32,000 nt of DNA. It comes from Nitrosospira multiformis ATCC 25196 (GTDB lineage Bacteria > Pseudomonadota > Gammaproteobacteria > Burkholderiales > Nitrosomonadaceae). Under the pieces are notes generated by a model. It was not told the DNA's origin. It searched no databases and was given only the letters and a program-made list of their open reading frames with translations. The translations under genes were made by a program, and so were the position numbers. Position 1 is the first letter of the stretch. The number at the start of each line of letters is the position of its first letter. Below, in pieces: positions 1 through 9,215 of this stretch. The DNA lies in assembly GCF_000196355.1 (NCBI RefSeq), contig NC_007614.1, forward strand, positions 960,001 to 992,000, given 5' to 3'.

Positions 1-1
1 A

Positions 2-139
2 TGCAAGACTGAGCAGCAAGCGTGTGGGGGAATCGCAGCGATTCCATGCCCCAAAGGCAAAACCTGTGTGGACGATCCTTCCGATGATTGCGACCCCAAA
101 CAGGGCGGGGCTGACTGTAGCGGCATTTGCGTGAAGTAA
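2..139 (+). CDS. 3' end of a CDS entering from the left edge; Cys-rich, probably secreted, disulfide-rich small protein; family not recognised
   Basis: Frame 2 is open from the window edge to TAA at 137-139. It translates to CKTEQQACGGIAAIPCPKGKTCVDDPSDDCDPKQGGADCSGICVK*, with 7 Cys in 45 residues. It is absent from the ORF track because it has no in-window start. Confidence 0.35.
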   Translation, partial: CKTEQQACGGIAAIPCPKGKTCVDDPSDDCDPKQGGADCSGICVK

Positions 140-157
140 AGCCTGAAATAGCACTCT

Positions 158-733
158 GTGACTTGCTATTGTTTGGCCGCTGTAAGTGTATCCTTCGCCG
201 CGCTCGGGATTACGCCATGCTCGCAGGCTTCCGAACCCGTTTCAGCGGAACGTATCGATGCAGCGAGCATGCGGCGCATAGGCACAGTCGATGAGCGGTT
301 CCAATCTTACAACATCGAAATGATCGAAGTCATCGGTGGAAGATTCTGGAAGCCATACAGGGATATCGACCCTCTTCTCAAGGGGGGTCCTCCGGCGCAC
401 AATCGAAAAAGAATTCGACAACCCGTGGGTATGAACCCGAATCTGTACCAACAGCGTCCGCCGATTGACCTTGCCAACCTGCGCTTGCACAAGCTCGCAG
501 CCGCCTTGGGACCTGCTTATGTAAGAGTCACCGGAATGTGGGTCAACAGCGCCTACTTCCACAATTCCGATCAGCTCGCACCGAAGAGGCCTCCAAAAGG
601 CTTCAGCGGAGTATTAACCCGTCGGCAATGGAAGATCGCGCAGCGGAGACAAGGAGTGGGGGCAACTCGCCTATCACTATCAGAGAGGTCAACCAGACGG
701 TTGGTCCATGATGCAGACGGGAGACATTCGTGA
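158..733 (+). pseudogene. Truncated GH79 (heparanase/beta-glucuronidase-like) glycoside hydrolase N-terminal fragment
   Basis: GTG start with a signal-peptide-like N-terminus (..FAALGITPCSQA). DERFQSYNIEMIE ... LRLHKLAAALGPAYVRVTGMWVNSAYF parallels the first strands of the heparanase TIM barrel (human SPRFLSVTIDANL ... [22 protein letters not shown], recalled from memory). Family members are much longer. This ORF ends at 191 aa, before any catalytic NEP-type motif. Its last ~35 aa look out of family, and its stop overlaps the next gene's GTG (GTGA). Confidence 0.4.
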
Positions 734-1497
734 GTAATTTTATTGTTGTTGTCTTCCCGACGGAAAAACAGGCAGACGAGGGCAGGAAAGCGCTCAAGGA
801 ACTTCAGGAGGAAGGCAAGCTTACGATTCATGGGATGGCCATCATCACCAAGCAAACAGATGGCAAGGTCTCGATGAAGGACCAGGCTGACAAAGCGCCC
901 TTTGGGACGGCGGTAGGGACAGTCGTGGGTAGCCTTATTGGTTTGTTGGGAGGACCAGTGGGGCTTGCCGCAGGCGCAGCTGCAGGTGCTTTTTTAGGAT
1001 ACTCGGTCGATGCTTCCAATTACGGCTTGGGCACGGAGTTCGTTGATGAGGTATCACGGAATTTAACGACCGGAAAGAGCGCGCTGGTCGCCGAGGTTGA
1101 CGAGTATTGGACCGTACCGCTAGATTTGACGATGGAAGCGCTAGGCGGAATCATAGTTCGCCAATGGCGCCTGGATGTGGAACAAGACCTGATTCGGAAT
1201 GATGTCCGCGCTCGCAATGCCGAGCTTTCCCAACTCAAGGCTGAGTATGGGCAAGCCGAGGATGAGCATAAGGCGCGGTTGGAAGTCAGGATCAAGATTG
1301 TCGAGGCCAAACTGAAGGCCGCCTTGGAACGTGAAAAGGCCAAGGTGGAAGCGTTAAAACAGCAAGCAGACGCGAAGATCAAGGCCCTCCAGAAACAGGC
1401 TACAACGGCAAGCCCGGAAACCAGAAACATAATCGAGCAACGGGTCGCAGAAATTCAAGCGGAATCAGAGAAGCTTGCAAAACAGCATGGGACTTAA
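730..1497 (+). CDS. DUF1269/COG4803-like membrane protein with a C-terminal coiled-coil extension
   Basis: GTG at 730 with GGGAGA upstream. The N-terminus MSNFIVVVFPTEKQADEG is typical of the family. It has a glycine-zipper TM segment (GTAVGTVVGSLIGLLGGPVGLAAGAAAGAFLG). The C-terminal ~100 aa are K/E/A/Q-rich and heptad-like (..LKAEYGQAEDEHKARLEVRIKIVEAKLKAALEREKAKVEALKQQADAKIKALQKQ..). Confidence 0.7.
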   Translation: MSNFIVVVFPTEKQADEGRKALKELQEEGKLTIHGMAIITKQTDGKVSMKDQADKAPFGTAVGTVVGSLIGLLGGPVGLAAGAAAGAFLGYSVDASNYGLGTEFVDEVSRNLTTGKSALVAEVDEYWTVPLDLTMEALGGIIVRQWRLDVEQDLIRNDVRARNAELSQLKAEYGQAEDEHKARLEVRIKIVEAKLKAALEREKAKVEALKQQADAKIKALQKQATTASPETRNIIEQRVAEIQAESEKLAKQHGT

Positions 1498-1809
1498 AGC
1501 ACAGGCTCAGAATAGGTTCGTCTTGGCGTGATTGACCGAGCGTTTGAAAAACTGCCGACGAGGTAACTCACCACCTTCTTATTCATACAAGTCTCTTTCT
1601 GCGAGTGCTTGATTTGCTCGCTATTTTGTTGCGCTATTAGCAGACCCCTTTCCAAGGTGTGTCACCGAACGGACGGGAAGATGCCACGGCCCCTATAACT
1701 GCTTCCATCATTCAAGTTTCAACCGCGCTTCGATTTTGAGCTGAGCGTGACTTTAAAGTGCAAAGTAAGTGTGCTTTGCTACCTTCTACCATCCCAGGAG
1801 GAGAAAAAG

Positions 1810-2331
1810 ATGTCGGAAAAAGGGGAAATAGTTGTATTGGGATTCAGGGATCCCGAAGAGGCCGATCGCGTTTTATCCAGGCTTTATATGCTGCCCAGGG
1901 AATATCTGGCCGGTGAGGATGCGGTGGTCGTAGTGCGGGACGAGACAGGCTATGTTCATATCAAGCAAGGCAGCGATCTTGTCAAAACCGGGGCGAAGGA
2001 CGGCTTTCTTACCGGGAGTTTATGGGGCACGTTCGTCGGGCTGCTGTTCCTCGATCCCCTTATAGGATTCGCAGTAGGCAGCGCTCTGGGTGCCAGTACC
2101 GGTGCTCTGGCAGGCTCTCTGACTGATTACGGCATCGATGATGATTTCATCAAGTCGCTTGCTGAAACCTTCCCCAATAATTCGTCCGGGCTTTTCCTTC
2201 TTTTCCATAAGGCTCAGCCGGAGAAAGTTCTGGCGGAACTTTCGGGCGTGAAAGGCAAGGTACTTCGCACTTCACTCTCTCCCGAACAGGAAAAAAGGCT
2301 GCAGGAAGCTTTAAGTGGATCAGCCCCATGA
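1810..2331 (+). CDS. DUF1269/COG4803 family membrane protein (canonical length, 173 aa)
   Basis: ATG at 1810 is preceded by AGGAGGAG (1796-1803). The track ORF begins at 1747, but that extension has no RBS. The layout matches the family as I recall it: IVVLGFRD..EEADRV.., EDAVVVVRDETGYVHIKQ, a Gly-zipper (GFAVGSALGASTGALAGSLTDYGIDDDFIK), then GKVLRTSLSPEQEKRLQEAL. Confidence 0.78.
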   Translation: MSEKGEIVVLGFRDPEEADRVLSRLYMLPREYLAGEDAVVVVRDETGYVHIKQGSDLVKTGAKDGFLTGSLWGTFVGLLFLDPLIGFAVGSALGASTGALAGSLTDYGIDDDFIKSLAETFPNNSSGLFLLFHKAQPEKVLAELSGVKGKVLRTSLSPEQEKRLQEALSGSAP

Positions 2332-2425
2332 CTCGTAACCTAATTGGGATGAAATCCCCGCTGGTAATGCATCCGCCTGGCAATGCCCGTTCTCCAGTTC
2401 AAGACGGAGTCCACACAAGTCGAGG

Positions 2426-3778
2426 ATGAGCTCCTTCTTTTTCCCTTTGCGAGTGCCACGACACTTTGTACTAATTAGCATCATTGTCATTTTCTCTTTT
2501 TCTGAAGGCTGCAGCGAGCCCCCCGAGGAAAAGCCCCCACCCGTTGCGGAGGTCACTGCAGTCAGTATCGAGCCCAGAGATACGCCTATTGAACTTGAAT
2601 TCGTGGCGGAGACCCGAAGTTCCCGTCACGTAGAGATTCGCGCCCGGGTCTCTGGGTTCCTGGATAAGCGCCTCTACACGGAAGGCGAGGTGGTACAGGC
2701 TGGGCAGAAGATGTACCAGATGGATCGCAAGCCTTTCGAGGCTGCCTTGCAGTCGGCGGAAGGGCAACTCGCACAGCAGCAGGCACGGCTTCAGGTTGCT
2801 GAGGCAACGCTAGGCCGGGTAAGGCCGCTTGCGGAAAAAAATGCCCTGAGCAAAAAAAATCTTGATGACGCCACAGGAGCTGTGCAGCAGGCCAGGGCGG
2901 CAGTGCTTGCGGCAGAGGGAGAAGTTCGAACTGCAAAGTTGAATCTCAGCTATACAACGCTTCGTTCACCGCTCCACGGGCTAGCCAGTTTCAGTTTAAG
3001 GCATGAAGGGAGCTATCTGAGTCCGGGGGAAGGTGGGCTGCTTACCTATGTGGATCAGGTTAATCCTATCTGGGTCATATTCAGCGTCTCAGAAAACCAG
3101 ATGCTCAAGTACCAGAGTGAAATCGAAAGAGGCCTGCTCAAGTTTCCGCCTCTCAATCGTTTTGAAGTCCAGATCACCCTCGCCAACGGCGCATTGTTTC
3201 CACATGTGGGGCACATCGATTTCAGTGAACCTTCATTTTCCGAAGAAACTGGCACCTTCCTGGTTCGCACCCAGTTCATCAATCCCCAGGGAGTGTTGCG
3301 TCCAGGACAATTCGTGCGCCTCCAGTTGAAGGGAGCCGTGCGTCCCAACAGTATTCTGGTGCCGCAACGGGCGGTGCTGCAAGGGGCGAAGAGCCATTAT
3401 GTGTGGGTGATAAACAAGGAAGGCAAGGTTGACCGGCGCGACGTTGAAGTGGGGGACTGGCAGGGCGATGGGTGGTTTATAAATCATGGATTGGTGGCGG
3501 GCGAAAGAGTCGTGGTGGACGGGGCTGTCCGGCTCTCCCCTGGGGCTGCCATTAAAGTAATCAATGCACCAAGATTGCCGGAGGGTCAAACTGCGGGGAA
3601 GCCGGGAGGCCCTGGCACAGCTCCCGCAGCATCCATTGCACAGCCGCCCGAAGAAGCGTCAGTCAAGTCAGGGGATTTGCCCTCTACGCCCGATTCACAA
3701 GCAATCGGCCAGAAAAGCCGGGCATCCTCTTTCATAAAACCACAGTCCTCCACCCCGGAGGAAAAGCCGCCCGAATGA
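2426..3778 (+). CDS. RND efflux periplasmic adaptor (membrane fusion protein), probable lipoprotein, with a long Pro/Ser-rich C-terminal tail
   Basis: Signal peptide ending in the lipobox-like FSEGC. Adaptor hallmarks are present: IRARVSGFLDKRLYTEGEVVQAGQKMYQMD (lipoyl-like), an alpha-hairpin (EAALQSAEGQLAQQQARLQVAEATL..), LRSPLHG and LRPGQFVRL. It lies immediately upstream of the pump gene. The last ~70 aa are low complexity. Confidence 0.88.
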   Translation: MSSFFFPLRVPRHFVLISIIVIFSFSEGCSEPPEEKPPPVAEVTAVSIEPRDTPIELEFVAETRSSRHVEIRARVSGFLDKRLYTEGEVVQAGQKMYQMDRKPFEAALQSAEGQLAQQQARLQVAEATLGRVRPLAEKNALSKKNLDDATGAVQQARAAVLAAEGEVRTAKLNLSYTTLRSPLHGLASFSLRHEGSYLSPGEGGLLTYVDQVNPIWVIFSVSENQMLKYQSEIERGLLKFPPLNRFEVQITLANGALFPHVGHIDFSEPSFSEETGTFLVRTQFINPQGVLRPGQFVRLQLKGAVRPNSILVPQRAVLQGAKSHYVWVINKEGKVDRRDVEVGDWQGDGWFINHGLVAGERVVVDGAVRLSPGAAIKVINAPRLPEGQTAGKPGGPGTAPAASIAQPPEEASVKSGDLPSTPDSQAIGQKSRASSFIKPQSSTPEEKPPE

Positions 3779-3789
3779 CAGGCTAGTTC

Positions 3790-6700
3790 ATGAAGATTTC
3801 CCATTTCTGTATCGACAGGCCAGTCTTCGCCTCGGTGCTCTCCATCATCATCACGCTGGCAGGGGGAGTGGCGATGTACAACCTGCCCGTCGCACAGTAT
3901 CCCGAGATCACCCCCGTTGAAGTCTCGGTGACAGCCACCTACCCGGGAGCCACCGCCGAAGTGGCGGCGCAAAACGTCGCTGCCCCGATCGAGCAGCAGG
4001 TGAATGGCGCCGATAAGCTCATGTATATGACCTCTGCAAGTTCGTCAACTGGTGCCATGACGCTGTCAGTCTATTTCGAGATTGACGCCAACCCGTCGCT
4101 CGCCCAGGTGGAGGTGCAGAATCGTGTAAGCCTGGCGCTCCCGCAGCTTCCTGCCGCGGTGCAGAGGCAGGGGGTCGCGGTAAAGAAGCAATCCGCCTCC
4201 GTGATGATGGTCATCTCGGTCTTTTCACCGGATGAACGTTACGAGCCCGTCTATGTTGCCAACTACGCCAGCATTTTCATACTGGATGCGATCAAGCGCA
4301 TCCCCGGCGCGGGCCAGGCAACCGTCATGGGGACACCGGATTATGCGATGCGGATCTGGCTGAAACCGGATCAGATGGCGGCCCTTGGCATCACTGCTGG
4401 GGATGTGCAGCAAGCGGTGGCGGCACAAAACGAGCAATATGCCGTGGGTAGCATCGGCCAAGCCCCGACGGACCGTCCGGTGGAGCAGTCCTTCGCCATT
4501 ACCACCAAGAGCCGTCTGACCACCCCCGCCGAATTTGACAACATCATTATCCGTGCCGCCAGCCAGGGTGTTGCGATGGTACGGCTCAAGGATGTGGGCT
4601 ATGCGGAATTGGGTCAGAAGATTTACGCGGTTCGCAATACCCGCCAGGGGAAGCCCGCGACCGTGCTCGTAGTGTATCAACAGCCAGGGGCCAACGCGCT
4701 TGAGGTTTCAAAAGGCGTGCGGGCGACGCTGGAGGAGATGAAAAAGTCGTTTCCCCCAGGCATCGAGTATGAAATCACCATGGACACCACTGCATTCACG
4801 CGTGCTTCCATTGTGTCCGTGATCCAGACCTTCTTTGAGGCGCTGGTGCTGGTCGTAGTCGTCGTGTTCGTGTTTCTCCAGAATCTGCGCGCCACCCTGA
4901 TTCCGATCATTGCCGTGCCGATTTCCGTCATCGGGGCAGCCAGTGGCATGGCGGCCCTCGGTTTCTCACTTAACATGCTCACCCTGTTCGGCATGATCCT
5001 CACTATCGGTATCGTGGTGGACGATGCGATTGTGGTGGTCGAGGCAGTCGAGCACAACATGAGCAAATATGGCCTGTCTGCCCGTGATGCCGCTAAGAAG
5101 GCGATGGACGAGGTAGGCGGCGCGCTGATTGCCATTGTTCTGGTGTTATGTGCGGTGTTTGTTCCGGTGGGATTTATTCCGGGTATCACGGGACAGCTCT
5201 ACAAGCAGTTTGCAATCACCATTGCGATCTCTGTTGCGCTCTCCGGTATCGTGGCCCTGACATTGTCCCCCGCGCTTGCCGCCCTCCTGCTCAAACCTCG
5301 TCACGGCGAGAAACGGGGCTTTTTCAAATGGTTCGACACCTGGTTCGAGCGCATGACAGAAGGCTATATCCGCAGTGTGCAGCTCGCAATCAAGCGCTAC
5401 ATCGTAGCGCTCCTGCTGTTTTTCGGCATGATCGCTCTCGCCGTCGGGCTGTTCAAGCACATTCCTGGTTCATTCCTTCCCCCGGAAGACCAGGGTGTGT
5501 TGCTAGGCGCGGTATTGATGCCCGATGCTTCGGGGCTTGACCGTACTGGTGAGGTCAGCCGGCATGCCACCGAATACTTCATGAAGCATCCGGCCACAAG
5601 ATCCATCGTGGTCGTCGACGGCTTCAGTCTGCTCGACGGCCAGATGAAGAGCAATGCGTCCACATTCTTCGTAGGGCTCAAGGATTTCGAAGAGCGCTAC
5701 GCTGGCGATAATGCCGACACCCAAGGCGTGCCAGCCCTGCTGGCAGGCGCTGTAAAAGCTTTCTCCAATATACCCGGTGGCATCATTCTTCCGATCAATC
5801 CCCCCTCCATTCCTGGATTGGGGACAACCGGAGGGATGGAAATGTACATCCAGAGCAAGGGCGACAATGACAGCCAGCAGATTGCGCAGGTGATACAGGA
5901 ATATGTGAAACGAGCCCAGACGCGGCCCGAGTTGACGAATGTCACCTCGACCTACAATGCCTCGGCACAAGTGCTATACCTTGATGTGGACCGCGCAAAG
6001 GCGGAAACACTCGGTGTTCCGGTGGAGGAGGTATACAACTCCATGCAGACGATGTTCGGATCGCTCTATGTATCGCAATTCACAAAGTTTGCTCGCCTGT
6101 TCCAGGTAATTATCCAGGGCGAGCCCGCCTCGCGGATGAAACCGGAAGACATCAATTATCTGTATCTGCGCAGCCAAAATGGCAGCATGGTTCCACTTAA
6201 CGCGGTAGCGACCGTGCGTTTTGACCGGGCGCCGGACATCGTAACGCGTTTCAACAACTTTACCGCGGTAAAAATTACGGCCGAGGCCGCACCGGGTTTT
6301 AGCTCGGGGGAAGCCATCGCTGCAATGGAAGAAACTGCATCGGAAACGCTGCCCGCGGATTATGGTATTGCCTGGAGTGGCCAGACCTTCGAAGAGAAAA
6401 GGGCGGGGGGCTCATCCGTGCTGGTATTCGTCTTCGGCCTGATCATGGTTTTCCTCATCCTTGCCGCCCAGTACGAAAAGTGGACATTGCCCCTTGGCGT
6501 ATTGACAGCAGTCCCGTTTGCGCTGTTTGGCGCGCTGGTCGCTATTTTTCTCCGTGGCCTGAGCAATGATATCTACTTCCAGATTGGGCTCACAATATTG
6601 GTGGCGCTCTCCGCCAAGAACGCCATCCTGATTTTCGAATATGCAGTGATGAACCATGGGCAGGGGCAGTCCTTCTATGACGCCGCTGTCAATGCAGCGC

Positions 6701-7014
6701 GGGACAGATTGCGTCCCATCATCATGACCTCGCTTGCTTTCACGCTGGGCTGCGTTCCTCTTGCGATCGCCACTGGAGTCTCCGCCAACAGCAAGATTTC
6801 GCTCGGTACCGGTGTAGTTGGTGGCATGTTGGGGGCAACAGTCATCGCAATATTTTTTATCCCAATGTTCTACTGGGCAATCGAAACCTTGACGGCAAGG
6901 ATAAGAGGCAAAGACAGAACACCTCCTCCGACAACCAAAGCCGCGGAAAGCCAGCTACCCGCTGATCCAGGGGAAGGCAGGCAGGACGACTTGCCCAATG
7001 AAACCGTCCAATAA
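3790..7014 (+). CDS. RND multidrug efflux permease (HAE1 / AcrB-MexB family)
   Basis: 1074 aa. The N-terminus MKISHFCIDRPVFASVLSIIITLAG..YPEITP is the classic AcrB-family start. It has two large periplasmic loops and 12 TM-like hydrophobic segments, and sits between the adaptor and OMF genes. Confidence 0.95.
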   Translation: MKISHFCIDRPVFASVLSIIITLAGGVAMYNLPVAQYPEITPVEVSVTATYPGATAEVAAQNVAAPIEQQVNGADKLMYMTSASSSTGAMTLSVYFEIDANPSLAQVEVQNRVSLALPQLPAAVQRQGVAVKKQSASVMMVISVFSPDERYEPVYVANYASIFILDAIKRIPGAGQATVMGTPDYAMRIWLKPDQMAALGITAGDVQQAVAAQNEQYAVGSIGQAPTDRPVEQSFAITTKSRLTTPAEFDNIIIRAASQGVAMVRLKDVGYAELGQKIYAVRNTRQGKPATVLVVYQQPGANALEVSKGVRATLEEMKKSFPPGIEYEITMDTTAFTRASIVSVIQTFFEALVLVVVVVFVFLQNLRATLIPIIAVPISVIGAASGMAALGFSLNMLTLFGMILTIGIVVDDAIVVVEAVEHNMSKYGLSARDAAKKAMDEVGGALIAIVLVLCAVFVPVGFIPGITGQLYKQFAITIAISVALSGIVALTLSPALAALLLKPRHGEKRGFFKWFDTWFERMTEGYIRSVQLAIKRYIVALLLFFGMIALAVGLFKHIPGSFLPPEDQGVLLGAVLMPDASGLDRTGEVSRHATEYFMKHPATRSIVVVDGFSLLDGQMKSNASTFFVGLKDFEERYAGDNADTQGVPALLAGAVKAFSNIPGGIILPINPPSIPGLGTTGGMEMYIQSKGDNDSQQIAQVIQEYVKRAQTRPELTNVTSTYNASAQVLYLDVDRAKAETLGVPVEEVYNSMQTMFGSLYVSQFTKFARLFQVIIQGEPASRMKPEDINYLYLRSQNGSMVPLNAVATVRFDRAPDIVTRFNNFTAVKITAEAAPGFSSGEAIAAMEETASETLPADYGIAWSGQTFEEKRAGGSSVLVFVFGLIMVFLILAAQYEKWTLPLGVLTAVPFALFGALVAIFLRGLSNDIYFQIGLTILVALSAKNAILIFEYAVMNHGQGQSFYDAAVNAARDRLRPIIMTSLAFTLGCVPLAIATGVSANSKISLGTGVVGGMLGATVIAIFFIPMFYWAIETLTARIRGKDRTPPPTTKAAESQLPADPGEGRQDDLPNETVQ

Positions 7015-7031
7015 GTCCCCGGGAGACTGAC

Positions 7032-8546
7032 ATGCGATCCCGGCTGACACTACTTGCATTCCTGCTTCCCCTGGTTCTTGTACTGCAAAGCTGCATGTTT
7101 GGTCCAAATTACCGGCGGCCAGAAATAGAAACAATGGAGAAATACCGTTTCGGAGAGAAAGTCGCGAGAGATATTGCCGATACCGCCTGGTGGGAGCAAT
7201 TCGGAGACCCCATTCTCAATGAACTGATCAGGATCGCGCTTGTTGAGAACAAGGACATACGCATCGCCACTGCGCGTATAGAAGAATTCCAGGGCCGCTA
7301 TGGCGCCACTCGCTCGGAACTGTTTCCGCAGATCGGGGGAGATGCCTCAGCGGAGAGGTTGCGCTCGACAGCCTTCGTGTGGCCAAGAGGTCTGGGGGGC
7401 ATTGACCCTTACTATAGCTATTACCAGGTATCCATAAATGCGAACTGGGAAATTGATATCTGGGGCCGCATCAGGCGTCTCTCGGAGGCGGCGCGCCATC
7501 AGCTGTTTGCCTCCGAGGCGGCGCGACGCGCTACGATATTGACCCTGGTCACCTCGGTGGCCTCATCCTACATCAATCTCCTGATCCTGGATCGGCAACT
7601 GGAGATCGCGCGGGCTACTGCAGCCACTCGAAGGGACACGCTGGAAGTGTTCCGGATGCGCTACGAAGGTGGCGTGATTTCACAACTGGAGCTTGCTCAA
7701 ATTGAGTCACAATATGAAACCGCAGTAGCCGCCATACCCCCGCTTGAATCCAGCATCGCCCAGCAGGAGAACGCACTCGCAGTATTGCTCGGTCGCAATC
7801 CCGGTCCGATTGCACGGGGCCGCGAACTCGCAAAGCTCGAACTTCCCATGGTATCCGCCGGTCTTCCATCGGAACTCCTGATGCGACGCCCTGATCTCCG
7901 TGAGGCCGAGCAGAACCTGATCTCGGCCAATGCCCAAATCGGTGCTGCCCGTGCCCTTTACTTCCCGCGAATTTCACTCACAGGCGTGCTGGGAGTCGCG
8001 AGCACCCAGCTTGCAACCCTGTTTACCGGACCAGCCTACATGGCAGCATTTGGCGTACTGACTTCGGTACCGATCTTTACCGCAGGAGGCATCGCAGGCC
8101 AGGTGAAACAGGCGGAAGCACGGCACGAACAGGCACTCGTAGGTTACCAGCGCGCAATCCAGATTGCGTTTCGGGAAGTTGAGGATTCCCTCATAGCCGT
8201 GCAGAAGAATCGAGCGGAACTGGCAGCTCAAACCCGGCGGGTGGAGGCGTCGCGCACGTATCTCGAGATGGCGCAGCTGCGTTATGACGAAGGCTATATC
8301 AGCTTCATCGAAGTCCTTGATGCCCAACGCACCCTCTTCGAAGCTGAAACCACCCAGGCTCAAACCCGGGGACGGGTATTCAATTCTCTTGTCGATCTCT
8401 ATAAATCGCTCGGAGGTGGATGGGTGGTGGAGGCTGACCGTATCAGAGGACAAATGGAAACGGGCAGGCAGGAAAACAAGTCCACACCCAAAGATGGAAA
8501 CGTGATGGATGCAGCGGATCATGAACGAACAAAGACCGAACCTTGA
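7032..8546 (+). CDS. RND efflux outer-membrane factor lipoprotein (NodT/OprM family)
   Basis: Lipobox LVLQSC followed by GPNYRRPE, the NodT-family signature right after the lipid-modified Cys. It has two TolC-like repeats and is the third gene of the operon, with a 17-nt gap. Confidence 0.9.
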   Translation: MRSRLTLLAFLLPLVLVLQSCMFGPNYRRPEIETMEKYRFGEKVARDIADTAWWEQFGDPILNELIRIALVENKDIRIATARIEEFQGRYGATRSELFPQIGGDASAERLRSTAFVWPRGLGGIDPYYSYYQVSINANWEIDIWGRIRRLSEAARHQLFASEAARRATILTLVTSVASSYINLLILDRQLEIARATAATRRDTLEVFRMRYEGGVISQLELAQIESQYETAVAAIPPLESSIAQQENALAVLLGRNPGPIARGRELAKLELPMVSAGLPSELLMRRPDLREAEQNLISANAQIGAARALYFPRISLTGVLGVASTQLATLFTGPAYMAAFGVLTSVPIFTAGGIAGQVKQAEARHEQALVGYQRAIQIAFREVEDSLIAVQKNRAELAAQTRRVEASRTYLEMAQLRYDEGYISFIEVLDAQRTLFEAETTQAQTRGRVFNSLVDLYKSLGGGWVVEADRIRGQMETGRQENKSTPKDGNVMDAADHERTKTEP

Positions 8547-8958
8547 GTGTGTAAGCCTTCCTTTTGGCTTCAGTCACGATTCACCTCCAACTCCGGAGAA
8601 GACCAACACGGCTCTTTGCGAGACCCACTATGGAGACGAATACAATACTTTCGCGCAGCCGACCGCGTGTTGCTTGGACGTATTGACAGTGGGACCGTCG
8701 TAAATGATGTATCCAACGATTTGGATCGCTACTAGCGAACCAATTCACCCCAGTTCTCCTATCCCGTCAACCGATAGTTGGCGCACCCAGCCCCCGATTA
8801 TTAAATGTTCTATGTGGGTGATCGCACCGAATAACTACTTTAAGGGCATGACTATTACGTTCATGGTATTCGTATTCTTCTTCTCGGCGCTGGGCTGGAG
8901 CTTTGGCCCCCCTGGTGTGGATAGTCTCCTGAGCTGCCCCATAGGTAAATAACGTGCT

Positions 8959-9021
8959 ATGAAAGACAAGACAGTTATTGTGACGGGTGCGGGATCCGGC
9001 ATAGGGCGGGCCGGCAGTTGA
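8959..9021 (+). pseudogene. 20-codon N-terminal remnant of a short-chain dehydrogenase/reductase
   Basis: ATG at 8959 gives MKDKTVIVTGAGSGIGRAGS*. This contains the SDR TGxxxGIG cofactor motif and then an immediate stop at 9019-9021. Confidence 0.35.
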
Positions 9022-9215
9022 TCATGTTTGCGGCAAGCGATGACAAGCAGGCGCGTAATACAGTGCTGGAGTTGGGAAGGGCGATTGGTTTCGACGCGAT
9101 GGATGCAGGCGGTCTGCGCAATGCCCGTCAGCTCGAGGCACTGGGTTACTTCAATATCCAGCTAGGATACGTTCTGGGGAACGGTACCGATACCGGTTTC
9201 AAATTCATTCACTGA
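9018..9215 (+). pseudogene. C-terminal fragment of an NADPH-dependent F420 reductase (NpdG/FNO)-like oxidoreductase
   Basis: The 65-aa ORF ..FAASDDKQARNTVLELGRAIGFDAMDAGGLRNARQLEALGYFNIQL..GFKFIH parallels the C-terminal third of FNO/NpdG proteins (..GDD.EAK..V.EL....G....DAG.L..AR.LE.., recalled). The N-terminal Rossmann part is absent. It abuts the SDR remnant in a different frame. Confidence 0.45.

Noticed and set aside
8547-8952. ORFs 8509..8703, 8547..8735 and 8704..8952
   Set aside because: They have no RBS and no family resemblance, and they overlap one another in a compositionally atypical region. They are treated as part of the decay zone rather than as genes.
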